DNA from: an uncultured Bacteroidota bacterium
Lineage (GTDB): Bacteria > Bacteroidota > Ignavibacteria > UBA10030 > UBA6906
DNA length: 64,000 nucleotides
Assembly (NCBI GenBank): GCA_963700635.1
Contig: CAVOYH010000004.1
Span: 768,001 to 832,000 of the forward strand
Direction of reading: 5' to 3'
The stretch's first letter is position 1. Each line of letters starts with the position of its first letter. Under the pieces are notes generated by a model. The model searched no databases. It saw nothing but the letters and a program-made list of their open reading frames with translations, and was not told the origin of the DNA. Position numbers and translations under genes: made by a program. Below, piece by piece: positions 29,100 to 40,062 of this stretch.

Positions 29100-30937
29100 C
29101 TCCCGACCCCATCACACGCCGCCGCGTGGCGGTGCTCCCTGACCATCTCGCCAACAAGATCGCCGCCGGTGAGGTGATCCAGCGCCCGGAATCCGTTGTG
29201 AAGGAACTGCTGGAGAACGCGCTGGATGCCGGTGCGTCGACGCTGCAGGTGATTATCAAGGAGGGGGGGAAGGATTCTATTCAGGTCTCGGACGATGGCT
29301 ATGGCATGGATGAGCAGGATGCGGTGCTTTCGTTCCGCCGCCATGCCACGAGCAAGATCGCGACCTACGAAGAGCTTGAAGAAATCCGCACGTACGGGTT
29401 CCGGGGCGAAGCGCTTGCATCCATCGCTGCCGTCGCGCAGGTGACGATGAAAACCCGGCGTGAAGAGGATGAGATGGCTGTGGTCGTAAAAACCGCAGGG
29501 GAAGGGGAGCCGGAAATATCACGCGACGCCCGGGCACGCGGCACGACCGTCACGGTCCAGAACCTTTTCTTCAACGTCCCCGCGCGCCGCAAATTTCTGA
29601 AAACCACGAATACCGAGTTCCGCCACATCCACGACGTCGTGCAGCGTACCGCTCTCGCCCACCCGGAACTTTCGCTGGAGTTTGTGAGCGACGGCGATGT
29701 AATATTCCGCCTGAAACCGTCATCTCTGGAACAACGCCTGCTGGATGTGCTGGGCCAGCGTGCGTTTGACTCGATGATCCCCCTGCAGGAGCAGACTGAA
29801 TTCCTGTCAGTGACCGGGTACATCGGCAAGCCCCAGTTCGGACAGAAAACCAGAATGGGGCAGTACCTCTTTCTGAACGGCAGGTTCATCGTCAGCAAGA
29901 GTATAAGCCATGCCGTCCATAGCGCCTACGAGCACCTTCTTCTGAAGGGGAGTTTTCCGTTTTTCCTGCTCTTCCTGGAGATTGATCCGCGCAGAATTGA
30001 CGTGAATGTCCATCCTTCAAAGATGGAAGCCAAGTTTGATGATGAACAGGGGGTGCACCGTTTTGTGGCGTCCATTTCGCGTAAGGCGCTCGCAGAATCA
30101 GGAGCGGTGCCGGTTCTCAGCACTGCACAGGATGGCCTTCCGTCAGAGGGAATCGGGCTGCGCTTTACGGGACGTCAGCATGACTGGCAGACCGGAACGG
30201 GGCAGGGAAGCGCCCGGTGGGAATTCCCGGAACGGGGGCGTGTGGATCCGGAGACGGGCGAAGTGCTCCCACCACCGTCGGGCCTGAGCCAGGCCGACCT
30301 GCTGTTCGGCACACTCCCTCCGTCGGCCCAGATGCAATCGCATGACGGCGACCGTCCGGAAGCGGGCACGTCACAATTACTCTGGCAACTCCACAACCGG
30401 TACATCTTCTCCCAGATCCGCAACGGTGTGATGATTGTGGACCAGCACGTCGCGCATGAACGTATCCTGTACGAGCAGTCGCTGGACCGGCTGGACCGCG
30501 GCCTGCGGACCTCCCAGCAGCTGCTTTTTCCGGTGACGCTGGAGCTGACGCCGGGAGACGCGGCATTGTTCGAAGAGCTTATGCCGTACTTCGAGCAGCT
30601 TGGATTTGATGCAAAGCCGTTTGGGAAGAATACCGTTCTGATCCAGGGAGTGCCGCACGACGTGAAGTCGGGTCATGAAAAAAATATCATGCACGAGATG
30701 CTCGAACAGTACAAGGAATATCAGCAGCATGCGCCGACGGATGTGCGGGATAACATGGCCAAGGCCTTTGCCTGCAAATCAGCCATCAAGTCAGGCGATC
30801 CTCTCACGGAAACGGAAATGCGGTCGCTGATTGACCAGCTTTTTGCCACGCGTATGCCGTACGTCTGTCCGCACGGCCGCCCCGTCGTGCTGAGGATTTC
30901 CACGGATGAACTGGACCGGCGGTTCGGCCGGAAATAG
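29096..30937 (+). CDS. mutL: DNA mismatch repair endonuclease MutL
   Basis: IAAGEVI, GFRGEAL, DQHVAHERILYE, ACK, CPHGRP. Confidence 0.97.
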   Translation: MTPDPITRRRVAVLPDHLANKIAAGEVIQRPESVVKELLENALDAGASTLQVIIKEGGKDSIQVSDDGYGMDEQDAVLSFRRHATSKIATYEELEEIRTYGFRGEALASIAAVAQVTMKTRREEDEMAVVVKTAGEGEPEISRDARARGTTVTVQNLFFNVPARRKFLKTTNTEFRHIHDVVQRTALAHPELSLEFVSDGDVIFRLKPSSLEQRLLDVLGQRAFDSMIPLQEQTEFLSVTGYIGKPQFGQKTRMGQYLFLNGRFIVSKSISHAVHSAYEHLLLKGSFPFFLLFLEIDPRRIDVNVHPSKMEAKFDDEQGVHRFVASISRKALAESGAVPVLSTAQDGLPSEGIGLRFTGRQHDWQTGTGQGSARWEFPERGRVDPETGEVLPPPSGLSQADLLFGTLPPSAQMQSHDGDRPEAGTSQLLWQLHNRYIFSQIRNGVMIVDQHVAHERILYEQSLDRLDRGLRTSQQLLFPVTLELTPGDAALFEELMPYFEQLGFDAKPFGKNTVLIQGVPHDVKSGHEKNIMHEMLEQYKEYQQHAPTDVRDNMAKAFACKSAIKSGDPLTETEMRSLIDQLFATRMPYVCPHGRPVVLRISTDELDRRFGRK

Positions 30938-31024
30938 GAGCACGCGGGCGGAGCCGCTGCTCCCGATGCAAATAAGTTTGAAAGTGCGTATTTTACTGTG
31001 CAAGAATGAGGAGAAGAGGGGCTG

Positions 31025-32617
31025 ATGAAAAAAACGAAATTTACGACGGTGAGCGGTGAGCCGATCGCGCCGTTGTACACGCCCGGCGACGTGGCACAGA
31101 GTAATTTCCAGACGTCCATCGGACACCCCGGTGAGTATCCGTATACCCGCGGGATTCATGAGTCGATGTACCGGGGCCGGCTCTGGACGATGCGGCAGTT
31201 CGCCGGGTTCGGGGCTCCGGAAGACACCAATGAGCGTTATCACTATCTGCTGGGCCATGGCCAGACCGGCCTCTCGGTGGCATTTGACCTGCCCACGCTG
31301 ATGGGGAAAGACAGCGATGATCCGCTTTCTGAAGGAGAGGTGGGGATCTGCGGCGTGTCGGTGAGTTCGCTTGCGGATATGGAGATACTTTTCCAAGGGA
31401 TCACGCTGAACGACATCTCGACCTCCATGACGATTAACGCGCCCGCCGCGATGGCGCTTGCGATGTACGTTATCGTTGCCGAGAAGCAGGGCGCCCGCCC
31501 TTCAGATCTGCGCGGCACGATCCAGACCGATATTCTTAAAGAGTACATCGCCCAGAAAGAATGGATTTATCCACCGCGTCCCTCGATGCGGATTGTGACG
31601 GATATGATCGAGTACTGCTCGGAGGAAATGCCACTCTGGAATCCGGTGTCGGTGAGCGGGTATCATATCCGCGAAGCCGGTTCCACCGCCGTCCAGGAGC
31701 TGGCCTTCACACTGGCCGACGGGTTTGCGTACGTTGAGGCCTGCCTGGAACGCGGGATGGATGTGGATGCGTTTGCCCCGCGGCTGTCGTATTTTTTTAA
31801 TTCCCATCTGGACTTCTTCGAGGAAATCGCGAAGTTCCGCGCCGCACGTCGGATCTATGCCAAGCGGATGAAGGAACGGTACGGGGCCAAGAATGCGCGG
31901 TCCATGACGCTGCGCTTTCACACGCAGACCGCCGGATGCACGCTCACCGCGCAACAGCCCGAGAACAATATCGTGCGGACGGCCTTTCAGGCGCTCGCCG
32001 GAGTGCTGGGCGGAACACAGTCGCTCCATACAAATTCCATGGACGAGACGCTTGCCTTGCCGAGCGAAAAGGCAGTAAAGATCGCCCTGCGCACGCAGCA
32101 GATTATCGCGCACGAAACCGGCGTGATCAACACGGTTGACCCGCTCGGGGGAAGTTACTTTGTGGAAGCCCTGACCGACCGGATGGAACAGGGCGCGGAA
32201 GAGTACTTCAAGCGTATTGACGCGCTGGGAGGCGTGATCCCCGCAATCGAACAGGGGTTTTTCCAGCGCGAAATTGCCGATGCGGCATACCGGTACCAGC
32301 GGGAACTCGACGCCGGTGAAAAAACCATCGTCGGCGTGAACCAGTTTGTGGAAGAGGATGAAAATGTCACCATCCCGATTCTGACGGTTTCACCCGAGGT
32401 GGAGATCAAACAGCGCAAGCGGATTGCCGAACTCCGAAGCTCGCGCAATGGACAAGACGTGGAACAGGCACTGGCCTCGCTAAAACAGGCCGCAACGGAC
32501 GGCGCCAACCTGATGCCCCCGCTCCTTGTGTGCGCCCGCACGTACACCACGGTCGGCGAAATGTGCGCGACGCTGGCCGAAGTGTTCGGCGTCTATGAAG
32601 AGGTGTCGGTGTTCTGA
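31025..32617 (+). CDS. methylmalonyl-CoA mutase family, large (substrate-binding) subunit
   Basis: [44 protein letters not shown]; no B12-binding domain. Confidence 0.93.
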   Translation: MKKTKFTTVSGEPIAPLYTPGDVAQSNFQTSIGHPGEYPYTRGIHESMYRGRLWTMRQFAGFGAPEDTNERYHYLLGHGQTGLSVAFDLPTLMGKDSDDPLSEGEVGICGVSVSSLADMEILFQGITLNDISTSMTINAPAAMALAMYVIVAEKQGARPSDLRGTIQTDILKEYIAQKEWIYPPRPSMRIVTDMIEYCSEEMPLWNPVSVSGYHIREAGSTAVQELAFTLADGFAYVEACLERGMDVDAFAPRLSYFFNSHLDFFEEIAKFRAARRIYAKRMKERYGAKNARSMTLRFHTQTAGCTLTAQQPENNIVRTAFQALAGVLGGTQSLHTNSMDETLALPSEKAVKIALRTQQIIAHETGVINTVDPLGGSYFVEALTDRMEQGAEEYFKRIDALGGVIPAIEQGFFQREIADAAYRYQRELDAGEKTIVGVNQFVEEDENVTIPILTVSPEVEIKQRKRIAELRSSRNGQDVEQALASLKQAATDGANLMPPLLVCARTYTTVGEMCATLAEVFGVYEEVSVF

Positions 32618-32696
32618 TGTTCCATGGCCCGGTGCCGGCACGGTGTTTTGTTCCTGACAGAAATGCACACTACGACGATATACCATTGAGGAATAC

Positions 32697-33805
32697 ATGA
32701 CCAGGTCAAAAGTTGCCGTTCTCAAAACCACTCCGAGACTGTCCTGCAGGACTATGCCCGGCTTGCAGAGCTTGCCGGAATGTCCGATGCGCTTGACAGA
32801 AATGCCACGACAATCCTCAAGGACAATATATCCTGGCACTATCCGTTTCCCGCCGCGAACACGACTCCCTGGCAGCTCGAAGGGACAGTTCTCGCACTGA
32901 AAAAGGCCGGCCTGAACGCGATCACGGCCGTTCAGAACAAAACCGTGGTCACCGATGCCTTCAAGGGGGAAGATCTTAACCGCTACGTTCCGATCTTCCG
33001 GAAGTATGACATCCCGGTCCTTTTTAACTTCCGCGAAACGGACATGAACTGGGTTCCGTACCGCCCTAAGAAGAAGATGCACGTTCTGGACATGATTTAT
33101 CCCGAGGGGATCACCATCCCGGATTACTTTGCCGGCAAAAACATCGTGCATCTGCCCACGGTAAAATGCCACATCTATACCACCACCACCGGGGCGATGA
33201 AAAATGCATTCGGCGGACTGTTGAACACCCGCCGCCACTATACCCATTCCTGGATTCACCGGACGCTTGTGGACCTGCTCGCCATACAGAAAGAAATCCA
33301 CACCGGCATCTTTGCGTTTATGGACGGCACAACGGTGGGGAACGGTCCGGGCCCGCGCACGATGTTCCCGGTCGTGAAAGACTATATCCTCGCAAGCGCT
33401 GACCAGGTGGCAATTGATGCGGTTGCGGCCAGGATGATGGGGTTTGATCCGATGTCGCTCGAATACATCCGGGTGGCCCACGAAGATGGTCTGGGAGTGG
33501 GGGATGTACGCGAGATTGAGGTGGTGGGTGCGGACGTCAGCAACGAATCGTGGGGCTTCCGGGTGGGGAACAACGGGGCAAGTATGTTCGGCAACCTCGC
33601 CTGGTTCGGGCCCTTGAAGTTTGCGCAGAATCTGTTCTTCCGCACGCCGATGGTCCATCTGTTCATCTTCGGGTCGGAAGCATATCACGACTACTACCGC
33701 TGGCCTTTGAAAGACCGGCGCGTGTTCGAGCAGTGGCGGGCGCAGACGCACTGGGGCAAGCTGTTTCAGACGTACGAACAACGTCAACCTGAACCTGTAG
33801 CATAA
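32697..33805 (+). CDS. DUF362 family protein (apparent frameshifts near 32735-32765)
   Basis: MTRSKVAVLKTTP start joins the ORF carrying LKDNISWH, LPTVKCH, TGAMKNAFG, DQVAIDAVAA. Confidence 0.75.
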
Positions 33806-33806
33806 C

Positions 33807-34694
33807 GTGACGAAGAAAACCCGGGCAGAGCTTGCTCTGCTCGCCATGACACTGATATGGGGCGGAACCTTCCCGACTGTCAAGATCGGGATGGAGTTCG
33901 TCTCGCCCATTCTTCTTATCGCCATCCGTTTTTCGATCGCTGCGATCCTCCTACTGCTGTTTGCGCGCAGACACATCTTCCCCCTGCCGCCGGGGAGCAT
34001 CGCAAAGGGATCGGTGCTCGCATTGTTTCTGTTCCTCGGATTTGTCGCCCAGAATATCGGACTCACCATCACCACCGCTTCAAAATCGGCATTCATCACA
34101 GGCCTGATGGTGCTCTTCGTGCCGCTCCTCCAGTTTGTGATTGAACACCGGGCGCCGAAGATCGGAAACGTGGTGGGCATTCTGGTCGTGCTGGTCGGAT
34201 TGTGGTTCCTGACCTCTCCGGAGGGATCAGCACTGAACGCGGGTGACGCCCTGACGCTGGTGTGCGCTGTGCTGTTTGCGGTGTATATCGTGTACCTGGA
34301 TGTCATCGCCAAGGACATGTCCGCCATACAACTGCTGTTCGTCCAGATGGCATCAACGTCCGTGTATGCCATCGCCACGACGGCGGCGTTTGAGTCGGTG
34401 TACTTCGTTCTGAACGCGAAGTCTGTAGGGTCTCTTCTGTACCTGACCCTGCTCGCCACGTTGCTGACAACATACGTACAGACACGATATCAGAAGGACA
34501 CCACGCCGACACGGGCGGTGGTGATTTTTTCCGTGGAACCCGTGATTGCAGCATTCCTTTCGTATCTGATGCTCGGGGAGTTGCTCGGCCCGCTGGGCGT
34601 GCTGGGGGGCGCTCTCATTATTACAGGCGTGTTACTGTCCGAACTTTCTGACGGGATCCCGCTGCTGAAGCGTTCACTCGGACCTTCTCCTTGA
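33807..34694 (+). CDS. DMT/EamA family transporter
   Basis: Ten TM segments; IWGGTF, SAFITGL, EPVIAA. Confidence 0.9.
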   Translation: MTKKTRAELALLAMTLIWGGTFPTVKIGMEFVSPILLIAIRFSIAAILLLLFARRHIFPLPPGSIAKGSVLALFLFLGFVAQNIGLTITTASKSAFITGLMVLFVPLLQFVIEHRAPKIGNVVGILVVLVGLWFLTSPEGSALNAGDALTLVCAVLFAVYIVYLDVIAKDMSAIQLLFVQMASTSVYAIATTAAFESVYFVLNAKSVGSLLYLTLLATLLTTYVQTRYQKDTTPTRAVVIFSVEPVIAAFLSYLMLGELLGPLGVLGGALIITGVLLSELSDGIPLLKRSLGPSP

Positions 34695-34735
34695 CTTTCC
34701 GGGAGAGCCGGCGTATGTTTACATGATAAATCTGA

Positions 34736-35008
34736 ATGGTGACGCGCGCGCATATTGTCGTTGAGGGACTCGTGCAGGGAGTCGGCTTCCGCTGGTTTAC
34801 AGCACGCCATGCGCACGGGATGGGGCTTAAAGGGCACGTGCGTAACCTGTTCGACGGGTCTGTGGAGGTGGAAGTGGAAGGGGACCGGTCGCTCGTCGAA
34901 GAACTCATCACACAGCTGAAGGTGGGTCCCCGATCCGCGCAGGTGCGCAACCTGCATATCGATTGGCGTCCACCCAGGAACGAGACAAAACCTTTTGAAA
35001 TCCGCTGA
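34736..35008 (+). CDS. acyP: acylphosphatase
   Basis: GLVQGVGFR and [12 protein letters not shown]. Confidence 0.93.
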   Translation: MVTRAHIVVEGLVQGVGFRWFTARHAHGMGLKGHVRNLFDGSVEVEVEGDRSLVEELITQLKVGPRSAQVRNLHIDWRPPRNETKPFEIR

Positions 35009-35492
35009 AGATACCCTGCCGCGAACCGGCTTCGGATACGACGTCCACCGGCTTGTTGCCGGGCGGAAAATGATTCTGGGGGGCGTGGAGATTCCTTCGG
35101 AGAAGGGGCTCGACGGCCATTCGGATGCCGACGTGCTGGTGCACGCGATCACCGATGCACTCCTGGGCGCCGCGGCACTGGGGGACATCGGCAAACATTT
35201 TCCGAATACCGATCCGCAGTACCGTAATATCTCCAGTCTTGTCCTTCTCAAGCATGTCGGCGGATTGCTGGAGAGCCGGGACTTTGCCCTTATCAATGTG
35301 GACGCAACGGTGATTCTGGAAGAGCCCAGAATCCTTCCGCACGTTGACCAGATGAGGAAGAATATCGCCGGCGCGCTGGGTGTTTCACCGGATGTGATAT
35401 CCATCAAAGCGACCACGGGTGAACAGATGGGATTTGTCGGGCGGGGCGAAGGCGCCGCTGCCCATGCAGTCGCTACCATCGTGCGCTTCTAA
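34995..35492 (+). CDS. ispF: 2-C-methyl-D-erythritol 2,4-cyclodiphosphate synthase
   Basis: GYDVH, GHSDADV, GDIGKHF, KATT. Confidence 0.96.
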   Translation: MKSAEDTLPRTGFGYDVHRLVAGRKMILGGVEIPSEKGLDGHSDADVLVHAITDALLGAAALGDIGKHFPNTDPQYRNISSLVLLKHVGGLLESRDFALINVDATVILEEPRILPHVDQMRKNIAGALGVSPDVISIKATTGEQMGFVGRGEGAAAHAVATIVRF

Positions 35493-35521
35493 CTGTCCTT
35501 CAGCCACCCGGATCTGATTTC

Positions 35522-36139
35522 GTGGAAGAAATTTTCCAGTTCCTCAGTACCATCGATCCGCTCTACGTGTACGGCCTCGTGCTGGGGCTGGCCCTCGTGG
35601 AAAACCTCTTCCCACCCGCGCCAAGCGATGTGATGATCGTGGCGGCCGGCTCACTGATCGGGATGGGACAGGTCGGCTTTGTGGAGACGCTTCTCAGTGC
35701 CACCGCGGGGAGCACGATCGGGTTTCTGATCATGTACAAGATCGGCGACTGGTTCGGCGACCATATTCTGGAAAAAGGAAAGATCAAATTCCTTCCGGTC
35801 GAATCGGTCTATAAGGTGGAACGGTGGTTCAAAAAGTACGGATACACAATCATTGTCCTCAACCGGTTCCTGACGGGCACGCGTGCTGTCGTCTCGTTCT
35901 TTGCCGGCGTTTCCGAACTGAAAATTATCCCTACAACGCTCCTCTGTTTTGTGAGCGCCCTCTTATGGAACGCAATCCTGGTGCTGGGCGGAATGTACCT
36001 CGGCCAGAATTGGGATCGGATCACGTTCTACCTGACCACCTATAGCCAGGCCGTCACGGCGCTTGTGATCGTCGGCCTGCTCATCTGGGTGGCCCGGTTT
36101 ATCTATTCCAGAACCAACGGCGGCAGGAAGGCACGATGA
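35522..36139 (+). CDS. DedA family membrane protein
   Basis: ENLFPPAPSD, RFLTGTR...AG, SALLW. Confidence 0.9.
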   Translation: MEEIFQFLSTIDPLYVYGLVLGLALVENLFPPAPSDVMIVAAGSLIGMGQVGFVETLLSATAGSTIGFLIMYKIGDWFGDHILEKGKIKFLPVESVYKVERWFKKYGYTIIVLNRFLTGTRAVVSFFAGVSELKIIPTTLLCFVSALLWNAILVLGGMYLGQNWDRITFYLTTYSQAVTALVIVGLLIWVARFIYSRTNGGRKAR

Positions 36140-36753
36140 CGGAGTTCCTCTACGGACTGGATCTGGCTGTCTTTTCGTTTATCAACAGCGGACTCAGCAA
36201 CCCGATCGGCGATTTTCTCTGGCCGTTTATCACGGATTATGACCGGTATCTTCCGGTGCGTATCGTCCTGGTGATGGTGTGGCTCGGATTGATGATCAAG
36301 GGTGGGAAGAGGGGGCGGACCGTCGCCCTGTTGCTGGTTCTGGTGATTGTGTGCTCCGATCAGCTCAGCAGCTTCGTCATCAAACCGATGGTCCAGCGGC
36401 CGAGACCGTGCCATGTCGTGGACGGCGTCCAGGTGGTGGAACATGTCCATCTTCTCGTCCACTGCGGCGGCGGGAAATCGTTTCCTTCGTCCCATGCGGT
36501 AAATAATGTTGCCGTTGCGACACTGTTTGCCTTTTTCTACAGACGCTGGCTCTGGGCGTTTTTGTCATGGGCCGGCATCGTCGCGCTTTCCAGAGTGGCC
36601 GTGGGTGTCCACTACCCCTCGGACATACTCGGGGGTGCGATTATCGGCGCCTGCGTTGCAGGGGCCGTGCTCTGGCTGTGGAGCTTCGCCGGACGCACAA
36701 TCCTGCCGTGGCTGCGCCTGAACACGAAGGAGGTAGACCACCATGGCGATTAG
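36136..36753 (+). CDS. PAP2 family phosphatase
   Basis: KPMVQRPRP, SFPSSHA, SRVAVGVHYPSD. Confidence 0.93.
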   Translation: MTEFLYGLDLAVFSFINSGLSNPIGDFLWPFITDYDRYLPVRIVLVMVWLGLMIKGGKRGRTVALLLVLVIVCSDQLSSFVIKPMVQRPRPCHVVDGVQVVEHVHLLVHCGGGKSFPSSHAVNNVAVATLFAFFYRRWLWAFLSWAGIVALSRVAVGVHYPSDILGGAIIGACVAGAVLWLWSFAGRTILPWLRLNTKEVDHHGD

Positions 36754-38404
36754 CGAGTGGAGACGCAGACGCTTTATCCGTGTCCTGTTTGCCGTACTTT
36801 CCGGACTGATGCTGGGGTTCTCCTTCCCGCCCTATGAGCTCGGCATCCTCGCCTGTTTCGGTCTGGTCCCTCTGCTGGTGGTCCTGCACGGCGTCGAACG
36901 ATATGGTAATGCCTTCTGGTATGTCTATGTGACCATGTTCGTGTTCCACCTGATCAGCGTCAACTGGACAGGGGGATTTGTTCACGGGAACGATCCGTAT
37001 ATGATGATTGCGGGAAGCGCCACGATCATCATCCATCCGCTCTTCTATTTTCTTCCGATGGGGGTGTACCTGCTGGTTCGCCGGCACTTCAGCGAAACGC
37101 TTGCCGTCGCGCTGCTCCCGATTCTGTGGGTGGGATACGAGTACAGCCATTCGCTGAGCGAGTGGTCATTCCCCTGGCTCACGCTGGGGAACAGCCAGAC
37201 CTACAATCTTGCCCGGATCCAGTTCATCGAGTACACGGGGGTCTGGGGGCTTTCTTTCTGGATTCTCGTCATAAACGTCATTGCCTATCTGCTGTGCGTC
37301 CGGCTGGTCGAGCGCGGCCGGGGAATGTGGTCGCCCTCTGCACGCTGGCTTCTGGCTTCCCTCGTGGTGCTGTACGTCGCCCCGTCGGTCCACGGCTGGT
37401 TTGTGCTTAAGAATGCGCCGCCCTCAGAAACTGTAACAGCTCCGGCGCGTCCGGTGACCGTCGGGATGATCCAGGCAAATGTGGATCCATGGGACAAGTG
37501 GAAGGTGAAGGGGATCGAGACGTACACGCTGTATGTGCAACTCACGGGTTCGCTGCTCGACAGCGTCCGCCTGCCCCGTCCTGATATCGTGCTCTGGCCG
37601 GAAACTGCTTTCCCGTTCGACGTCATAAGCGATCAGAACCAGGAGCTGCTGGCGTCGCTCCAGGACCATCTGGCGGGATGGCAGATCGGGCTCCTGACCG
37701 GGCTGCCGCACAAGGTGGTGTATGAAGATTCAGCATCCGCGCCGCACAGTGCGCGGACGGACAAAACCACGGGCACCCGATTCGACTGGTACAATGCTGC
37801 GGCATACATCGAACCGTCCGGATCCACCCCGAAATGGTACGGGAAGATGAAGATGGTTCCTTTTGCCGAAAGGGTTCCCTACGCCGATCTCTTTCAGTTT
37901 GTGGATTTTCTCCGGTGGGATGTGGGCATCGGGGGATGGCAGATCGGACCTGATACAACAGTTTTCCAGGATGTCCGGACGGGCACCCGGTTCTGCACGG
38001 TGATCTGCTACGAGAGCACCTATCCGGGTTTTGTGGCGGAGTTTGTACGGAGGGGAGCGGAGTTTATCTCCCTGATCACGATCGACAGTTGGTGGGGGAA
38101 CATGTCGGGTGCTTTCCAGCACCAGCAGATCGCCGTGCTCAGGGCTGTGGAAAACAGGAGATGGATTACCCGGTGCGCAGTAGGCGGCATTTCGAGTTTT
38201 ATCGACCCGTACGGGCGCGCCCACGATCCCACCGAACTTTTTACGCAGCGGGTATTGAGCAGGACCATCGAACGAAGAAATGCCCTGACCTACTACACGG
38301 CGCATGGCGACCTGCTCGGTGAAATTGCACTCTGGCTCTCCGGCGCGTTTGCAGCGGCGGCGTTCGGCCAGATATTCCTGAAACGAAAACGGGCACTGGC
38401 ATGA
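36743..38404 (+). CDS. lnt: apolipoprotein N-acyltransferase
   Basis: FPWLTLG, WPETA, KMVPFAE, ICYES, RAVENRR. Confidence 0.93.
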   Translation: MAISEWRRRRFIRVLFAVLSGLMLGFSFPPYELGILACFGLVPLLVVLHGVERYGNAFWYVYVTMFVFHLISVNWTGGFVHGNDPYMMIAGSATIIIHPLFYFLPMGVYLLVRRHFSETLAVALLPILWVGYEYSHSLSEWSFPWLTLGNSQTYNLARIQFIEYTGVWGLSFWILVINVIAYLLCVRLVERGRGMWSPSARWLLASLVVLYVAPSVHGWFVLKNAPPSETVTAPARPVTVGMIQANVDPWDKWKVKGIETYTLYVQLTGSLLDSVRLPRPDIVLWPETAFPFDVISDQNQELLASLQDHLAGWQIGLLTGLPHKVVYEDSASAPHSARTDKTTGTRFDWYNAAAYIEPSGSTPKWYGKMKMVPFAERVPYADLFQFVDFLRWDVGIGGWQIGPDTTVFQDVRTGTRFCTVICYESTYPGFVAEFVRRGAEFISLITIDSWWGNMSGAFQHQQIAVLRAVENRRWITRCAVGGISSFIDPYGRAHDPTELFTQRVLSRTIERRNALTYYTAHGDLLGEIALWLSGAFAAAAFGQIFLKRKRALA

Positions 38405-39444
38405 CCGCCGAACTGATCGATCTTCGAAGCGACACGCTCACAAAACCCTCGCCCGCAATGCGGCGCGTGATGGCAGACGCGGAGGTCGGGGATGACGTGT
38501 ATGGCGAAGACCCGACTGTAAACCGGCTGCAGGGGCGTGTGGCGGAGATGCTGGGCAAAGAGGCGGCGCTGTTTGTGCCAAGCGGCACGATGGGAAACCA
38601 GATCTGCATCAAGACCCACACCCGTGCGGGAGACGAGGTGATCGCCGAGGCGGAAGCTCATGTGTTTTTCTATGAGACCGCGGGCGCAGCGTTTCTCTCC
38701 TCTGTGCAGATTTATCCGGTAAAGGGTCATAACGGCGTCTTGAAAAAAGAAGATGTCCGCCGTGTTATCAGACCCGAGATCTACTACATGCCCAGGACCC
38801 GGTTGTTGTGCCTGGAGAATACCCATAACCGGGCGGGCGGGGCGGTGTACCCGTTAGCGGAGTTTGCGGAGCTTGCCGGATTCGCCCACGAAGCCGGCCT
38901 CGCCGTTCATCTGGATGGTGCGCGGCTCTGGAACGCATGCGTGGCCACGGGTGTCTCACCTTCGGAATACTGCAGACATGTCGATTCGGTCTCCGTATGC
39001 CTCTCAAAAGGGCTCGGCGCCCCGGTGGGGTCGCTCCTGGTCTCGACAAAGGCATTTGTTGAAGAAGCCCGGCACTACCGGAAAATATTCGGCGGCGGAA
39101 TGCGCCAGGCCGGAGTTCTTGCCGCGGCGGGGCTTTATGCGCTGGACAACAATATCGACCGTCTCAGGGAGGATCACGAGAAAGCTGCTGCATTTGCGCA
39201 GATCGTCGGCGACCTGCCGGGAGTCAGGATCAAAAAAGAGACCGTCCAGACGAACATCGTGACGGTGGACTTTTCCGGCACAGGGAAGAATGCGGGGGAA
39301 TGGGGCGCGCGGTTCCGCTCAAAGGGCGTGAGTCTGGGGCAGTCCGGGGAATTTACATTACGGGCGGTGGCGCATATGGATGTTTCGATGGACCAGGTGA
39401 TGCATGCGGCCCGGAGTATCGAGCAGAGTATGAAGGGGGCGTAG
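38401..39444 (+). CDS. ltaE: low-specificity L-threonine aldolase
   Basis: [45 protein letters not shown]. Confidence 0.93.
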   Translation: MTAELIDLRSDTLTKPSPAMRRVMADAEVGDDVYGEDPTVNRLQGRVAEMLGKEAALFVPSGTMGNQICIKTHTRAGDEVIAEAEAHVFFYETAGAAFLSSVQIYPVKGHNGVLKKEDVRRVIRPEIYYMPRTRLLCLENTHNRAGGAVYPLAEFAELAGFAHEAGLAVHLDGARLWNACVATGVSPSEYCRHVDSVSVCLSKGLGAPVGSLLVSTKAFVEEARHYRKIFGGGMRQAGVLAAAGLYALDNNIDRLREDHEKAAAFAQIVGDLPGVRIKKETVQTNIVTVDFSGTGKNAGEWGARFRSKGVSLGQSGEFTLRAVAHMDVSMDQVMHAARSIEQSMKGA

Positions 39445-39479
39445 GAGCGAGCCCCTTTGCGGCAGGGGCTACATTTTAC

Positions 39480-39551
39480 TTGCTTTTTATTGGTGAAATG
39501 CCTATTATACTTCAGTTTGTAGAGATAGCCCGTAACGGGCTATTTTCATTT
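39480..39551 (+). promoter_or_regulatory. rimP-nusA promoter and leader hairpin (attenuator-like)
   Basis: TTGCTT-17-TATTAT followed by ATAGCCCG-TAA-CGGGCTAT-TTTCATTT; leader terminators are known upstream of rimP-nusA operons. Confidence 0.55.
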
Positions 39552-39569
39552 GCATCAGCCAGGAACTCC

Positions 39570-40022
39570 ATGCGTCTTCCGGAGCCCGTCCGCCAGCTTA
39601 TCGAAGAAAGTGTTTCCGAGAGCAAGGCCCAGGTCGTGGATATCGTGTTTCGTGGTCATTATCGTAAGCCGGTAATTGAAGTCTACGTCGATTCTCCGGG
39701 CGCGGTGACCACCGATCTGTGCGCCGAAATCAGCCGGCGGATCAGTGCCGGACTTGACGGCAAGAATCTCGTGTCGGCGGAGTACCGATTGGAAGTTTCG
39801 TCTCCGGGACTGGATCGTCCGCTGAAGTACCTGTGGCAATTCCGGAAGCATCTTGGCAAGCCGTTCCGCATTACGCCGGCCGCACCCGGGAAGGGTGATG
39901 TGCTGACGGCCACACTGGCTTCGGTGGAGGAGGACGTGCTGGTGTTGAAGACTGCGGGCGACGGTGAGACCCGCTTACGCTTTACGGATATCCGGGAAGC
40001 AAGAATCGTGTTGCCCTGGTGA
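39570..40022 (+). CDS. rimP: ribosome maturation factor RimP
   Basis: YRLEVSSPGLDRPL; first gene of the nusA-infB operon. Confidence 0.92.
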   Translation: MRLPEPVRQLIEESVSESKAQVVDIVFRGHYRKPVIEVYVDSPGAVTTDLCAEISRRISAGLDGKNLVSAEYRLEVSSPGLDRPLKYLWQFRKHLGKPFRITPAAPGKGDVLTATLASVEEDVLVLKTAGDGETRLRFTDIREARIVLPW

Positions 40023-40062
40023 CCACACCAGGCCGCACATGTAATCATTTGTGGAGGGAGTA

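Noticed and set aside
32480-34459. 659-aa antisense ORF and other long shadow ORFs (e.g. 4487-5884, 5934-6944, 42601-43602)
   Set aside because: They overlap well-supported genes, carry no motifs, and are expected in high-GC coding DNA.
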